From: Escherichia coli
Lineage (GTDB): Bacteria; Pseudomonadota; Gammaproteobacteria; Enterobacterales; Enterobacteriaceae
Direction: 5' to 3' (one strand)
Assembly: GCF_009931435.1 (NCBI RefSeq)
Contig: NZ_CP043414.1
Length of the DNA stretch: 64,000 bases
Both the position numbers and the translations under genes were made by a program. A model generated the notes under the pieces. The model had not been told where the DNA came from. It did not search any database and saw nothing but the letters and a program-made list of their open reading frames with translations. Numbering within the stretch: position 1 is the stretch's first letter; every line of letters begins with the position of its first letter. This document shows, piece after piece, positions 31,691-43,071 of this stretch.

Positions 31691-32899
31691 CGTCCGCGAG
31701 ATTACCGACGCAATTACGCAGGCTATCAATAAACCGGGGAGTAGCTGATACTCCCCGGTCATTTCACATATCATCAACGTCGACATAATCGGCGCGTGCG
31801 TGGTTGCCGCCAACAGTGTCGCCATCCCGGTCAATCCGAGTAAAAGCGTAATTTCTTCGCCATCAGGGAACCATAATCCCAGGCTACGACCATACAACAT
31901 GCCAATGGCAAGACCGATAAATAGCGTCGGTGTAAAGACACCACCGGGTGCGCCGGAACCGCTACTCGCCAGCACGGCACACAGTTTACAAAGGAAGATC
32001 CCGCCAATGATCATTAACAGTGGTGGGGCGGTTAAAAAGGATTGTACGGTGCTATAGCCGTTGCCCCACACTGCAGGTGTGAACAGGGAAAGCAGACCCA
32101 CGATCAACCCGCCTAGTGCCAGTTGCCAGGGCGGCGCAAGTTTGAGACTCACAAATCCACGATGACAGGCGTTCATTAACGTTAACAACAGTGGTCCGCA
32201 CAGACCTGCCAGCACACCTGTACTGATAATCAGCGCATAGTCACGAGCCTGAACCGTCACTGAGAGTTGTACGCTGTAGAGTAACGCGTCGCTATGATTA
32301 ATCAGATTGCTAACCAGCAATGCCACGACGGCGGAAATAATCACCGGGCCGAGAGAGGCCAACATCATAGTGCCAAACAGCACTTCGGCTATAAATAAAC
32401 TGCCAGCAAGCGGGGCACGATAGGCCGCAGCCATTCCCGCCGCGGCCCCACAGGCGATCCATAATTTCCACTCCTGGCGTGGCGTAAAACGTTGGGCAAA
32501 ACAGGAGGCGGCAAGGGCAGCTAAAAGAATCATCGCACCTTCGCGACCAATTGCACTGCCGCTGGTTACTACCAGCAGCGAGGCAAGCGATTTAACCAGG
32601 CTTGCTGCGTAATCGAACTGTCCATCGGTTTGCAACGCTTCTATGTAATCGGTCGGCGCATGAGGGCGTTGTTGGGTAAATTTCTGCCAGCCCATCAGCA
32701 ACAAACCCGCCGCCAGTCCGCCGAGCGCCGGAGTTAGCAGCCGTCGCCAGGGGGAAAGGTTTGTCGCTGCATTGACCAGACTGCCGGAGTCATTATTGAG
32801 GAACAACCACTCCAGTAGCAGCATCGCGTGACGAAACGCGGCAACGGCAAAGGCCGCAAGAATACCGACTATTGTTGCGATAAGCAGACGGCGGAACAT
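31643..32899 (-). CDS. clcB: CLC-family voltage-gated chloride channel ClcB
   Basis: ORF 31643..32959; start set at [11 protein letters not shown] giving 418 aa. Confidence 0.85.
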   Translation of the reverse strand: MFRRLLIATIVGILAAFAVAAFRHAMLLLEWLFLNNDSGSLVNAATNLSPWRRLLTPALGGLAAGLLLMGWQKFTQQRPHAPTDYIEALQTDGQFDYAASLVKSLASLLVVTSGSAIGREGAMILLAALAASCFAQRFTPRQEWKLWIACGAAAGMAAAYRAPLAGSLFIAEVLFGTMMLASLGPVIISAVVALLVSNLINHSDALLYSVQLSVTVQARDYALIISTGVLAGLCGPLLLTLMNACHRGFVSLKLAPPWQLALGGLIVGLLSLFTPAVWGNGYSTVQSFLTAPPLLMIIGGIFLCKLCAVLASSGSGAPGGVFTPTLFIGLAIGMLYGRSLGLWFPDGEEITLLLGLTGMATLLAATTHAPIMSTLMICEMTGEYQLLPGLLIACVIASVISRTLHRDSIYRQHTAQHS

Positions 32900-33092
32900 A
32901 GTGCGCAGATCCGGATAGCTGTGTAGATGGTGCATGAGCAGAAATGGACAATGAAACACGAGCGACTATTTTGCGGCAAAACAGGTTATCGGCAAAAGCA
33001 GTGCGTGCTTAAAGCGATAAAATACGTGACGTTGTAACGTATTATTGCCGAATAACGCGTGATTGTCGCCATCCGGCAATATTGCGGCAACT

Positions 33093-33707
33093 TTATCGAA
33101 ACAGTGGTTTAACCGCGACAGGAATCAACAGTTGTGATTGCCATTGCGCCAGCGTTAAGCGAGCCAGTTCACCCAGCGCACGGTAGAAAGGGTGTTCTGC
33201 TTTTTCGATAAAAACGTCGAGAAAACGTGTTGACCACGGAAAAAGATGCCATGCCAGCAATTCTTCGCATTCTGTCTGGCGACCATTCTCCGCCAACCAT
33301 GCAACCATCAACAGCAGTGAGCCAAAATGATCTTCCGGTTCATTTTGCTTCATTTCAAACTGAATGCCTTTCTCGCGCATCCACTGACGAAGTGCCAATG
33401 TTGAATCGCCAAACATCACAGATTCGCGATCCAGCCAGACAGATCCCCATGGAGGAGACGGCAGAGCCCACGGGCCGACAAATAGACGCTGCCAGGCCTG
33501 GGTTCGAGTCTCTTCACTCTGTGTTTGAAACGCCGTCACCAGCGGCGCTAATGACGCTTCTGGTAGAGGCCACTGAGTTTCCCAGCCGTCACTGGTGAGT
33601 ACCGCAACCAGAGGTGCGGCTTCTGCACTCTCTGGAGCGTAATAAAACAGCGCGCCCAACACGCGCGCCGCGACAGAAAAATTATCTTGCTGTGAAAAAT
33701 GGGTCAT
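33093..33707 (-). CDS. dmsD: Tat proofreading chaperone DmsD
   Basis: ORF 33093..33716; start at MTHFSQQDNF giving 204 aa. Confidence 0.9.
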   Translation of the reverse strand: MTHFSQQDNFSVAARVLGALFYYAPESAEAAPLVAVLTSDGWETQWPLPEASLAPLVTAFQTQSEETRTQAWQRLFVGPWALPSPPWGSVWLDRESVMFGDSTLALRQWMREKGIQFEMKQNEPEDHFGSLLLMVAWLAENGRQTECEELLAWHLFPWSTRFLDVFIEKAEHPFYRALGELARLTLAQWQSQLLIPVAVKPLFR

Positions 33708-33749
33708 TCCTAACATCCTGAAATGTGCGGGTTGCCCCGCACCAATTTG

Positions 33750-34604
33750 TTAACCTGCAATAGCCATTCCTACCGTCATGTGCAGGCCATAAAAGAGCAC
33801 ACGCCCGATCATCTCACCGCCAAGTATGAGGATTAGCCCCAGAATAAGTCCGGCAACGTGAGGTTCACGGCGACGAATGAGCGGACAAAGCCAGCATCCT
33901 AGACCTGCGCATAACAATACCACACGCCAGACCTGTAAGGAGGCGTAATCTGGTACCAGTGCGCTGGCTTGTTGTACGGATGAGTGAATAGACGCCAGAG
34001 ACAAACCTTGCAGCACAATCACCCCGGCACAAGCGATCAGCGCCAGAACGCTAATGATGGCAAATGGTGTGGTATTAAATGTAACGCGGGCTGCCCGCAG
34101 AATTGCGGCAGCAAGTATTGGACCGCTCAATAAAACTGTCAGGAAGAAAGCCAGCGTAGTGTAACCGTTATGCCAGGTTGGCACAGTGTCGATTTGATAC
34201 ACGCAGGTCATCATCCAGACGAAAATGACGCCGAGCGCCATGCTGACAAGTAACCAGAGTTTCCCCAGCGCTTGCGGCATTTTACCAATGACCGCCACCA
34301 GCCACCATAATCCGCCAACGGCAAAAAATATTGAACCGGCAGCAATCTCGTTACTCAGGCCGGAAGCTCCGATTCGATTCAGCGAGTTAAACGCCCGCAG
34401 TGGCGATCCCAGGTGCATGACAGAGGCAATAAACCCGATGCCCATCAGCAGCCAGAGGAAAAACATGCCACGGACAATACGCTGACGGTCTGCGTCATTT
34501 TTGCTGGCGAACCAGCCGATTCCGCTAATAATCAGCGCGCCTACGACGCATTGGCCCAATACGGTAAAGATAACCAGTGGCCATTCGTGCCATCCATTTC
34601 CCAT
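33750..34604 (-). CDS. ynfH: DMSO reductase-like membrane anchor subunit YnfH
   Basis: 284-aa polytopic ORF, DmsC paralog. Confidence 0.85.
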   Translation of the reverse strand: MGNGWHEWPLVIFTVLGQCVVGALIISGIGWFASKNDADRQRIVRGMFFLWLLMGIGFIASVMHLGSPLRAFNSLNRIGASGLSNEIAAGSIFFAVGGLWWLVAVIGKMPQALGKLWLLVSMALGVIFVWMMTCVYQIDTVPTWHNGYTTLAFFLTVLLSGPILAAAILRAARVTFNTTPFAIISVLALIACAGVIVLQGLSLASIHSSVQQASALVPDYASLQVWRVVLLCAGLGCWLCPLIRRREPHVAGLILGLILILGGEMIGRVLFYGLHMTVGMAIAG

Positions 34605-34605
34605 T

Positions 34606-35223
34606 TTAAACTTCCTCCGGATTAGCCAGGTAACCAGTGGTATCGCCGGTCGGGCGGCTGTTGGCGTTAGGTTTGATTACGATATTAGGTTTTGTAAAAT
34701 GCGCGCGCGGCAGTGGCGCGACGGCAGCCAGAGTACCGTGTTTCTGGCGCAGTTCTTCAATTGGACCGAATTCAAGTGCACGCAGCGGGCAGGATTCGAC
34801 ACATATGGGTTGTTTCCCCTCGGCGACGCGCGAATAACAACCATCGCACTTCGTCATGTGTCCTTTTTCAGCATTGTACTGTGGCGCGCCGTACGGACAG
34901 GCCATGTGGCAGTAGCGGCAGCCGATACAAACGTCTTCATCAACCACCACAAAGCCATCTTCACGCTTATGCATTGCGCCGCTGGGGCAGACTTTTGTAC
35001 ATGCGGGGTCATCGCAATGGTTACAGGAGATGGAGAGATAATAAGCGAACACGTTCTGGTGCCAGACGCCATTATCTTCCTGCCAGTCGCCGCCAGCGTA
35101 TTCATAAATACGGCGGAAACTGACTTCCGGGCCAAGATCTTTAAAATCTTTGCACGCCAGTTCGCAGGTTTTACAGCCAGTACAGCGGCTGGAATCGATA
35201 AAAAATCCATATTGTGTGGTCAT
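34606..35223 (-). CDS. ynfG: 4Fe-4S ferredoxin subunit YnfG (DmsB paralog)
   Basis: 205-aa ORF with four CxxCxxCxxxCP clusters. Confidence 0.9.
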   Translation of the reverse strand: MTTQYGFFIDSSRCTGCKTCELACKDFKDLGPEVSFRRIYEYAGGDWQEDNGVWHQNVFAYYLSISCNHCDDPACTKVCPSGAMHKREDGFVVVDEDVCIGCRYCHMACPYGAPQYNAEKGHMTKCDGCYSRVAEGKQPICVESCPLRALEFGPIEELRQKHGTLAAVAPLPRAHFTKPNIVIKPNANSRPTGDTTGYLANPEEV

Positions 35224-35233
35224 GGGCTACTCC

Positions 35234-37660
35234 TTAAACCTTTTCGATCTGGACGAGATTGCTGTGCGACGGGTTTCCCTTTGCCAGCGGTGAAGGGCGG
35301 TGAGAGGTCAGAATATTGATACTGCCGCCGTGATCGACCCGGTCACCAAACATATCCGCTTTAAGCCACGCACCTTGCCCGATGGCGGTAACGCCAGGCA
35401 GAATACGCGGAGTCACTTTTGCGGCAATCAGCATTTCTCCATTATTGTTAAATACCCGCACTGTATCGCCATGACGGATACCGCGTGCCTGAGCATCAAT
35501 GGGGTTGATCCACACCTCTTGTGGGCAGGCCTGCTGTAACACATCAATATTGCCGTAACTGGAGTGGGTACGCGCTTTGTAGTGGAAGCCCGTTAGCTGC
35601 AGTGGATAGGTTTTGCGCAGGGGATCGTCCCAGCCATCAAAACCTGGGGTATACGCAGGAAGGGGATGAATTATTTCATCTTTTTTCAATTCCCATGTGT
35701 CAGCAATCGTCGCCAGCCGTTCAGAATAAATTTCGATTTTCCCCGAAGGTGTTTTCAACGGGTTTGCCTGTGGATCTTCACGGAATGCGCGGAAAGCGAC
35801 GTAATGTTCTTCCGGGCATTTTTTCTTAAAGATCCCGGTCGTTTTCATCTCCTCGTAGTCCGGCATCTCAGGGTTACGTTCCTTCGTTTTCGCATGGAGA
35901 TATTTGATCCATTCATGCTGACTGCGACCTTCAGTAAAGGTTTGATAAACGTCTGGTCCTAAGCGTTTGGCGACTTCACTCAGCATCCAGTAGATGGGTT
36001 TGCGTTCAAATTTTGCTGAGGTTGCGGGTTGGGCGAGGATCACATAGCCCATATTCCCTGCAGATTCATGAGAGATAAGGTCTTCTTGCTCTGTTGGCAT
36101 CAGGTCGGGCAACAGGATATCGCAATACTTAGCCGAGGCCGTCATGAAGTGGTCAATGCCAACAATCATCTCGCACTTGCTGTCATCCTGAAGCACCTCA
36201 TGGGTGTGATTGATGTCGCCATGTTGATTGATCAATGTGTTACTGGCGTAGCACCATAAAAACTTGATTGGCACATCCAGTTTTTCTTTTCCACGAATAC
36301 CATCACGGGTCGCGGTCATTTCCGTACCGTGGTCGATGGCATCTGTCCATGTAAAGACGGAAATCTGCGTTTTAACAGGATTATCAAGCATCGGGAACCA
36401 TTCGACCCCCAGATCCCAGCTACCTTCGCGTACACCTGAGTTGCCGCCGTTTATGCCGACGTTACCGGTGAGAACGGAAAGCATGGCAATAGCGCGGGAC
36501 GTTTGCTCACCGTTGGAGTGTCGTTGTGGCCCCCAACCCTGACAAATATAAGCAGGTTTTGCGGAACCGATCTCTCGTGCCAACTGGATAATTTTTTCTT
36601 CCGGGATGCTGGTGATTTTTGCTGCCCATTCCGGCGTTTTAGCTATGCCGTCAGGCCCTTCGCCCAGAATATAGGCTTTATAATGCGCGTTACGTGGTGC
36701 GTTGGCGGGCAGCGTTTTTTCATCGTAACCAACACAATATTTGTCGAGAAATGGCTGATCGACCATGTTTTCCGTAATCAGTACCCAGGCAATCGCACAG
36801 GCCAGTGCGCCATCGGTGCCGGGGCGAATGGGCAGCCATTCATCTTCACGCCCGGCAGCTGTGTCGTTATAACGTGGATCAATGACGATCATGCGTGCGT
36901 TTGAACGTTCGCGGGCTTGCTCGACGTAGTAAGTGACACCACCGCCGCTCATCCGGGTTTCTGCCGGGTTATTTCCGAACATAACGACCAGCTTCGTATT
37001 GGCGATATCATCCGGACTGTTGCCATCATTGGCACCGAACATATAACTCATTGCGGCACTGATCTGTGCGGTACTGTAGCTGCCATAGCGACTGAGAAAA
37101 CCACCACAAGAGTTCATCAGACGGTACGGGACGTTTGAGTTGGTGATGTTTCCGCCATCTACGCCTGTTCCGTACAGGACATGTACAGCCTCATTGCCGT
37201 AATCTTTTAGGATCCGCCGAAGATTATCACTGATGGTATCCAGGGCTTCGTTCCAACTTATCCGTTCAAATTTACCTTCACCGCGCTTGCCGACGCGCTT
37301 CATGGGATATTTCAGCCGATCAGGATGATTCATCCGTCGGCGGATAGAGCGCCCGCGTAAACAGGCCCGAACCTGATGATTGCCGTAAACGTCGTCACCT
37401 GTCGTATCAGACTCCACCCAGTACACAGTGTCATCTTTCACATGCAAACGTAACAGACAGCGGCTCCCGCAGTTAACGGTGCAGGAACTCCAGACCGCTT
37501 TCTCTTCTACCGGAGCCTCTGCCGCTCGGACCATTTGGGAAAATGGCAGAGTGAAAGCACTGCTTGCCAGCGCGAGACTGCCAAGTGCGGAGGTTTTCAT
37601 CAGACTTCTACGGCTGATTTCAGCCTTCATGAGCGCCTCTGTGGTATGGATTTTCATCAT
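35234..37660 (-). CDS. ynfF: Tat-exported molybdoenzyme catalytic subunit YnfF (DmsA paralog)
   Basis: 807/808-aa ORF (two adjacent Met codons), twin-arginine motif SRRSLMK. Confidence 0.9.
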   Translation of the reverse strand: MMKIHTTEALMKAEISRRSLMKTSALGSLALASSAFTLPFSQMVRAAEAPVEEKAVWSSCTVNCGSRCLLRLHVKDDTVYWVESDTTGDDVYGNHQVRACLRGRSIRRRMNHPDRLKYPMKRVGKRGEGKFERISWNEALDTISDNLRRILKDYGNEAVHVLYGTGVDGGNITNSNVPYRLMNSCGGFLSRYGSYSTAQISAAMSYMFGANDGNSPDDIANTKLVVMFGNNPAETRMSGGGVTYYVEQARERSNARMIVIDPRYNDTAAGREDEWLPIRPGTDGALACAIAWVLITENMVDQPFLDKYCVGYDEKTLPANAPRNAHYKAYILGEGPDGIAKTPEWAAKITSIPEEKIIQLAREIGSAKPAYICQGWGPQRHSNGEQTSRAIAMLSVLTGNVGINGGNSGVREGSWDLGVEWFPMLDNPVKTQISVFTWTDAIDHGTEMTATRDGIRGKEKLDVPIKFLWCYASNTLINQHGDINHTHEVLQDDSKCEMIVGIDHFMTASAKYCDILLPDLMPTEQEDLISHESAGNMGYVILAQPATSAKFERKPIYWMLSEVAKRLGPDVYQTFTEGRSQHEWIKYLHAKTKERNPEMPDYEEMKTTGIFKKKCPEEHYVAFRAFREDPQANPLKTPSGKIEIYSERLATIADTWELKKDEIIHPLPAYTPGFDGWDDPLRKTYPLQLTGFHYKARTHSSYGNIDVLQQACPQEVWINPIDAQARGIRHGDTVRVFNNNGEMLIAAKVTPRILPGVTAIGQGAWLKADMFGDRVDHGGSINILTSHRPSPLAKGNPSHSNLVQIEKV

Positions 37661-37717
37661 TACTCACTTATTGCTTTTCAAACAAAATGTCATGCCAGAA
37701 TTTATGGTTGTAGTGGG

Positions 37718-40144
37718 TTATATTTTTTCGATCTCGACCAGATTAGTGTGCTGCGGGTTTCCCTTCGCCAGTGGTGAAGGGCGCAGAGTGGTTAGCGTAT
37801 TTACACAGCCGCCGTGGTCGATTTTATCGCCAGACATATTGGCCTCGTGCCAGGCTCCCTGGCCCATAGCGCTAACTCCAGGGAGAATGCGTGGTGTCAC
37901 TTTGGCTGGTAGCCGAACTTCGCCACGATGGTTAAACACCCGCACCATATCGCCGTTGGCAATCCCACGTTTCTGTGCATCTATAGGGTTGATCCACACT
38001 TCCTGACGGCAGGCTGCCTTCAGGACATCAATGTTGCCGTAGGTCGAGTGAGTACGGGATTTGTAATGGAAACCAAACAGTTGCAGTGGGAAGGTACTAC
38101 GTTCAGGGGAGTCCCAGCCTTCAAAGGTTGAGGCATAAACCGGCAGTGGGCTTATCACTTCATCTTTTTCCAGTTCCCAGGTACGGGCAATTTCCGCCAG
38201 CTTGCTGGAATAAATTTCAATCTTACCGGAAGGCGTTTTAAGTGGATTTGCCTCGGGGTCGTCACGAAATGCTTTGTAGGCGACAAAATGACCATTGGGA
38301 TCTTTACGCTTATAGATACCCATTTTTTTCAGTTCGTCGTAAGACGGTAACGCCGGATCTTTGGCAAGCATTTTGGCGTACAGATGTTGTAACCATTGTT
38401 CCTGGGTGCGACCTTCAGTGAACTTTTGATAGACGTCAGGTCCAAGACGATTCGCGACTTCACTCAGGATCCAGTAAATCGGTTTGCGTTCGAATTTTTC
38501 GCTGGTGACTGGCTGGAGGAAAATGAGATATCCCATGTTACCGGCGTAATCGTTAGGAATAATATCTTCCTGCTCAACGGTCATCAGGTCTGGCAGCAGA
38601 ATGTCGGCATATTTTGCCGATGAGGTCATAAAGTTTTCGATGACCACAATCATTTCGCATTTCGATTCGTCCTGCAGAATTTCATGCGTTTTGTTAATGT
38701 CAGAATGCTGATTAACCAAGGTATTTCCCGCGTAGTTCCAGATGAACTTAATGGGCACATCCAGTTTATCTTTGCCGCGGACGCCGTCGCGGATTGCCGT
38801 CATTTGCGGGCCATGATCGATAGCATCCGTCCAGCTGAAGCAGGAGATTGATGTTTTGACCGGATTATCCAGCACCGGCAGGCGTTCTATGGTAATGGTA
38901 TAGGTGGATTCACGCGCGCCACTATTTCCGCCGCTGATGCCGACATTGCCCGTCAGAATAGGCAACATCGCAATAGCGCGTGCGGTCAGCTCACCGTTTG
39001 CCTGGCGTTGCGGTCCCCAACCCTGGCAGATATAAGCGGGTTTTGCTGTGCCGATTTCACGCGCCAGTTTGATGATACGGTCCACCGGGATACCGGTAAT
39101 TTGCGAAGCCCACTGCGGCGTTTTCGCTGTGTTATCATCACCTTCACCAAGAATATAGGCTTTATAGTGACCATTTTTTGGTGCATCTGCGGGTAAGGTT
39201 TTTTCGTCATAGCCGACGCAGTATTTATCGAGAAAAGGTTGATCAACGAGATTTTCGTTAATCAATACCCAGGCAATACCCGCAACCAGCGCGGCATCGG
39301 TGCCCGGGCGAATAGGAAGCCATTCGTCTTCACGACCGGCAGCCGTATCGGTATATCGCGGATCGATAACAATCATTTTTGCGTTCGATTTCTCGCGCGC
39401 TTTTTCAAGAAGATAAGTGATGCCACCGCCGCTCATGCGGGTTTCTGCCGGGTTGTTACCAAACATCACGACCAGCTTGCTGTTTTCAATATCCGTGGTG
39501 CTGTTGCCATCATTACTGCCGTAGGTGTAGGGCATGGCACAGGAAATTTGCGCGGTGCTGTAGGAGCCATACTGATTGAGTGAACCGCCGTAGCAGTTCA
39601 TCAGGCGTTTGACCGCCGAGGCTGATGGTGAAGAGCGGGTCATATTGCCGCCAACAATCCCCGAAGAGTACTGAATATATACAGCCTCATTGCCATATTG
39701 TTCGACGGTTTTTTTCAGGCTACTGGCGATAGTATCCAGGGCTTCATCCCAGCTAATCCGTTCGAATTTGCCTTCGCCGCGTTTGCCCACGCGTTTCATT
39801 GGGTAATTCAAGCGATCGGGATGATTAATACGCCGACGGATGGACCGACCGCGCAAACAGGCGCGTACTTGATGATTGCCATACTCGTCGCTGCCGGTGT
39901 TGTCAGTTTCCACCCAGGTGACTTCATTATCTTTAACATGTAGACGAAGTGCACAGCGGCTACCACAGTTGACGGAACAGGCACCCCAGACCACTTTTTC
40001 GCTGGCCTGTTGTACCGCTGCCGCTGCACTGCGCAGGGTGAACGGTAAAGAAAAACCGCCTGCAGCCAGCGCCAGAGAACCTATCGCGGTAGATTTAACG
40101 AGTGTTCTGCGGCTGATGCCCACCATTTGTTCATTTTTGGACAT
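37718..40144 (-). CDS. ynfE: Tat-exported selenate/DMSO reductase catalytic subunit YnfE
   Basis: 808-aa ORF, twin-arginine motif SRRTLVK, paralog of ynfF. Confidence 0.9.
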   Translation of the reverse strand: MSKNEQMVGISRRTLVKSTAIGSLALAAGGFSLPFTLRSAAAAVQQASEKVVWGACSVNCGSRCALRLHVKDNEVTWVETDNTGSDEYGNHQVRACLRGRSIRRRINHPDRLNYPMKRVGKRGEGKFERISWDEALDTIASSLKKTVEQYGNEAVYIQYSSGIVGGNMTRSSPSASAVKRLMNCYGGSLNQYGSYSTAQISCAMPYTYGSNDGNSTTDIENSKLVVMFGNNPAETRMSGGGITYLLEKAREKSNAKMIVIDPRYTDTAAGREDEWLPIRPGTDAALVAGIAWVLINENLVDQPFLDKYCVGYDEKTLPADAPKNGHYKAYILGEGDDNTAKTPQWASQITGIPVDRIIKLAREIGTAKPAYICQGWGPQRQANGELTARAIAMLPILTGNVGISGGNSGARESTYTITIERLPVLDNPVKTSISCFSWTDAIDHGPQMTAIRDGVRGKDKLDVPIKFIWNYAGNTLVNQHSDINKTHEILQDESKCEMIVVIENFMTSSAKYADILLPDLMTVEQEDIIPNDYAGNMGYLIFLQPVTSEKFERKPIYWILSEVANRLGPDVYQKFTEGRTQEQWLQHLYAKMLAKDPALPSYDELKKMGIYKRKDPNGHFVAYKAFRDDPEANPLKTPSGKIEIYSSKLAEIARTWELEKDEVISPLPVYASTFEGWDSPERSTFPLQLFGFHYKSRTHSTYGNIDVLKAACRQEVWINPIDAQKRGIANGDMVRVFNHRGEVRLPAKVTPRILPGVSAMGQGAWHEANMSGDKIDHGGCVNTLTTLRPSPLAKGNPQHTNLVEIEKI

Positions 40145-40243
40145 AACTCACTCCCTGTTCTTTATCGTTATATAAAAGTTTATATATTGAATATTTAGCG
40201 CGCTAACAATAGAGGGAGTCTACCCATTTTGGGTTAAGAATTA

Positions 40244-40257
40244 TTAATGCATATCAA
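40244..40257 (-). promoter_or_regulatory. FNR-like binding site upstream of ynfE
   Basis: TTAAT-GCAT-ATCAA, one mismatch to TTGAT-N4-ATCAA, about 100 bp upstream of ynfE start. Confidence 0.35.
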
Positions 40258-40342
40258 TAGAAGGGTATGAGTAATAAGGCGGGATTATGTTGTATGTTCA
40301 TATCGCCGGACCTGTTGAATCCGGCGTTTAGTCAATAATGTG

Positions 40343-40648
40343 TTACTGCGGTTCGGCAGGCGCGCCATCCTGAGTAGACTGCGCGGGGGCAGAGACATTA
40401 CCGCTGGTGGTGCGGGTGTAAAGAATTTTATGCGTATCATTGGCGCAATGCCCGACGACCTGGGAATCAGGCTGATCAACCTGGTCATTGGGTACAATAC
40501 TTAACGTGAAGCTGCTTTCGGGTACGCCATTATTGATAATGCGCTGTGATATATCGCTCTGTATGCGCTCACAGGAAACCGGCACGGCGAGTACCGCGGG
40601 TGAGGTGAGTGCGAGCAGAAGCGCGGCACAGCAAGTTGAGAGTTTCAT
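40343..40648 (-). CDS. ynfD: DUF1161 secreted protein YnfD
   Basis: ORF 40343..40690; start at MKLSTCCAALLLA (101 aa) with signal peptide. Confidence 0.8.
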   Translation of the reverse strand: MKLSTCCAALLLALTSPAVLAVPVSCERIQSDISQRIINNGVPESSFTLSIVPNDQVDQPDSQVVGHCANDTHKILYTRTTSGNVSAPAQSTQDGAPAEPQ

Positions 40649-40755
40649 CATAAGCTCCTTACGCGAATATAACTTCTTTAAGCATAGCATTTAACGTGTA
40701 AAGTACTGTATTTGCTACTATGATTGAGAATCATCTCTACTGTCTGGTGACTGTT

Positions 40756-41466
40756 GTGAAATACAAATTACTACCATGCTTACTCGCGATATTACTCACA
40801 GGATGTGACCGCACAGAGGTAACACTTTCATTTACCCCTGAGATGGCCAGTTTCTCTAATGAATTCGATTTTGATCCGCTGCGTGGTCCGGTAAAAGATT
40901 TCACTCAGACATTAATGGATGAGCAAGGGGAAGTAACGAAGCGTGTTTCGGGGACTTTGTCGGAAGAAGGCTGTTTTGATTCACTCGAATTACTGGATCT
41001 GGAAAATAATACCGTGGTTGCCCTGGTATTGGACGCCAATTATTACCGTGATGCCCAGACGCTGGAGAAAAGAGTTCGTTTGCAGGGAAAATGCCAGCTA
41101 GCAGAATTACCTTCTGCCGGGGTGAGTTGGGAAACCGATGATAATGGCTTCGTGATTAAAGCCAGCAGCAAACAGATGCAGATGGAATATCGCTATGATG
41201 ATCAGGGTTATCCGCTGGGTAAAACCACGAAAAGTAACGACAAAACATTATCTGTTAGCGCTACGCCATCAACGGATCCGATCAAAAAATTAGATTACAC
41301 AGCGGTTACTTTACTGAATAATCAACGGGTAGGTAATGTAAAACAGAGCTGTGAATATGACAGTCACGCCAATCCGGTGGACTGTCAGCTAATCATTGTT
41401 GATGAAGGAGTAAAACCCGCCGTCGAACGGGTTTATACCATCAAAAATACAATAGATTATTATTAA
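40756..41466 (+). CDS. ynfC: UPF0257 lipoprotein YnfC
   Basis: ORF 40720..41466; GTG start giving MKYKLLPCLLAILLTGC lipobox, 236 aa. Confidence 0.8.
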   Translation: MKYKLLPCLLAILLTGCDRTEVTLSFTPEMASFSNEFDFDPLRGPVKDFTQTLMDEQGEVTKRVSGTLSEEGCFDSLELLDLENNTVVALVLDANYYRDAQTLEKRVRLQGKCQLAELPSAGVSWETDDNGFVIKASSKQMQMEYRYDDQGYPLGKTTKSNDKTLSVSATPSTDPIKKLDYTAVTLLNNQRVGNVKQSCEYDSHANPVDCQLIIVDEGVKPAVERVYTIKNTIDYY

Positions 41467-41468
41467 TG

Positions 41469-42029
41469 CTATTGTGCGGTCGGCTTCAGGAGAGTCTGCC
41501 CCGGTGTTTTGTGCTCTGCCAGATACTGATGCTGGAATATGCACATACGAATGGCATTACGATATTGACCATTAATAAAGAACTCATGCATCAATTCACC
41601 TTCAACCGTAAAGCCAAGCTTACGGTAAATGTGAATTGCTTTTTCGTTCTCTTTATCGACGATCAGATACAGCTTATAAAGATTGAGAACGGTGAAGCCA
41701 TAGTCCATTGCTAATTTTGCGGCGCGGGTAGCCAGACCTTTCCCCTGATATTCCGGGGAGATAATTATCTGAAATTCTGCGCGGCGATGGACATGGTTAA
41801 TTTCCACCAGCTCCACCAGACCGGCTTTTTCGCCGTCACATTCCACCACAAAGCGCCGTTCGCTCTGATCGTGAATATGCTTATCGTACAGATCAGAGAG
41901 TTCAACAAAGGCTTCGTAGGGTTCCTCAAACCAGTAACGCATCACACTGGCGTTATTGTCGAGTTGATGTACATAGCGTAAATCTTCACGCTCCAGCGGG
42001 CGTAGCTTAACACTGTGGGCGCTTGGCAT
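41469..42029 (-). CDS. speG: spermidine N1-acetyltransferase
   Basis: 186-aa GNAT ORF, recognised SpeG. Confidence 0.9.
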   Translation of the reverse strand: MPSAHSVKLRPLEREDLRYVHQLDNNASVMRYWFEEPYEAFVELSDLYDKHIHDQSERRFVVECDGEKAGLVELVEINHVHRRAEFQIIISPEYQGKGLATRAAKLAMDYGFTVLNLYKLYLIVDKENEKAIHIYRKLGFTVEGELMHEFFINGQYRNAIRMCIFQHQYLAEHKTPGQTLLKPTAQ

Positions 42030-42063
42030 AACGTGTCCTTACATTCCTTAAATCAATAACAGG

Positions 42064-42405
42064 TTAGGGGGTAATAACGCGGCCAGTTCGACGGTCCAGG
42101 CAGCGCAATGTATTTGGCTCCCAGTAGGCATTGATATTGGCGCTTTGCTCACATTTATCGCGGTTATCAAAAGCGGCGTCGGCTTTATCCCACTCTTTTT
42201 CAGTGCGTTTATTCACTTTCTGGCGCAGATTGCGCGTGTCATTCCATTGCTCTTTTTCCATAGCGGCGTGCTGGCGGCTTTGTGCACTGTCGCCAGACTC
42301 AATCACCAGTTTGTTAGTTTCGGCATGAACAGTTGTGCTCAATGCCAGTGTGCAAGGCAGCAGAAAAGCGAGCAGGCCAATTCGTTTGCTGAGAGTAGTT
42401 TTCAT
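42064..42405 (-). CDS. ynfB: UPF0482 secreted protein YnfB
   Basis: 113-aa ORF with signal peptide. Confidence 0.8.
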   Translation of the reverse strand: MKTTLSKRIGLLAFLLPCTLALSTTVHAETNKLVIESGDSAQSRQHAAMEKEQWNDTRNLRQKVNKRTEKEWDKADAAFDNRDKCEQSANINAYWEPNTLRCLDRRTGRVITP

Positions 42406-42539
42406 AATTCATTCCCTGTATGAATGATTAAAGGTGATTCTACACCATCCACTGCGAACGCAAAACGTACCAGGAGGATGTTTATATTGATGATATTATG
42501 TCGTCCTATAACTATACATGATGTCAATAAGTGACAAAG

Positions 42540-42866
42540 ATGATTAAAACAACGTTACTGTTTTTTGCTACTGCGCTGTGTGAAATTATTGGATGCTTTC
42601 TGCCCTGGTTGTGGTTAAAACGAAACGCCAGTATCTGGCTGTTGCTTCCGGCGGGGATTTCTCTGGCACTGTTTGTCTGGTTGTTAACGTTGCATCCTGC
42701 GGCGAGTGGGCGTGTTTACGCGGCTTATGGTGGCGTTTATGTCTGCACGGCGTTGATTTGGCTGCGCGTTGTGGATGGCGTAAAACTGAGTCTTTATGAC
42801 TGGACGGGGGCGTTGATTGCGCTTTGCGGCATGTTGATCATTGTTGCGGGCTGGGGGCGCGCGTAA
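42540..42866 (+). CDS. ynfA: UPF0060 inner membrane protein YnfA
   Basis: ORF 42531..42866; start at MIKTTLLFF giving 108 aa. Confidence 0.8.
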
Positions 42867-43071
42867 GGACATAAATCCATTTTATCAATAAGATACAAGG
42901 AAGTGTCAGCTGACAAAAGGTATTCTATTTCATCTTTTGTCAACCATTCACGGCGCAAATATACGCCTTTTTTTGTGATCACTCCGGCTTTTTTCGATCC
43001 TCATACTTGTATGGTAGTAGCTCAGTTGCGTAGATTTCATGCATCACGACAAGCGATGCAAGGAATCGAAC

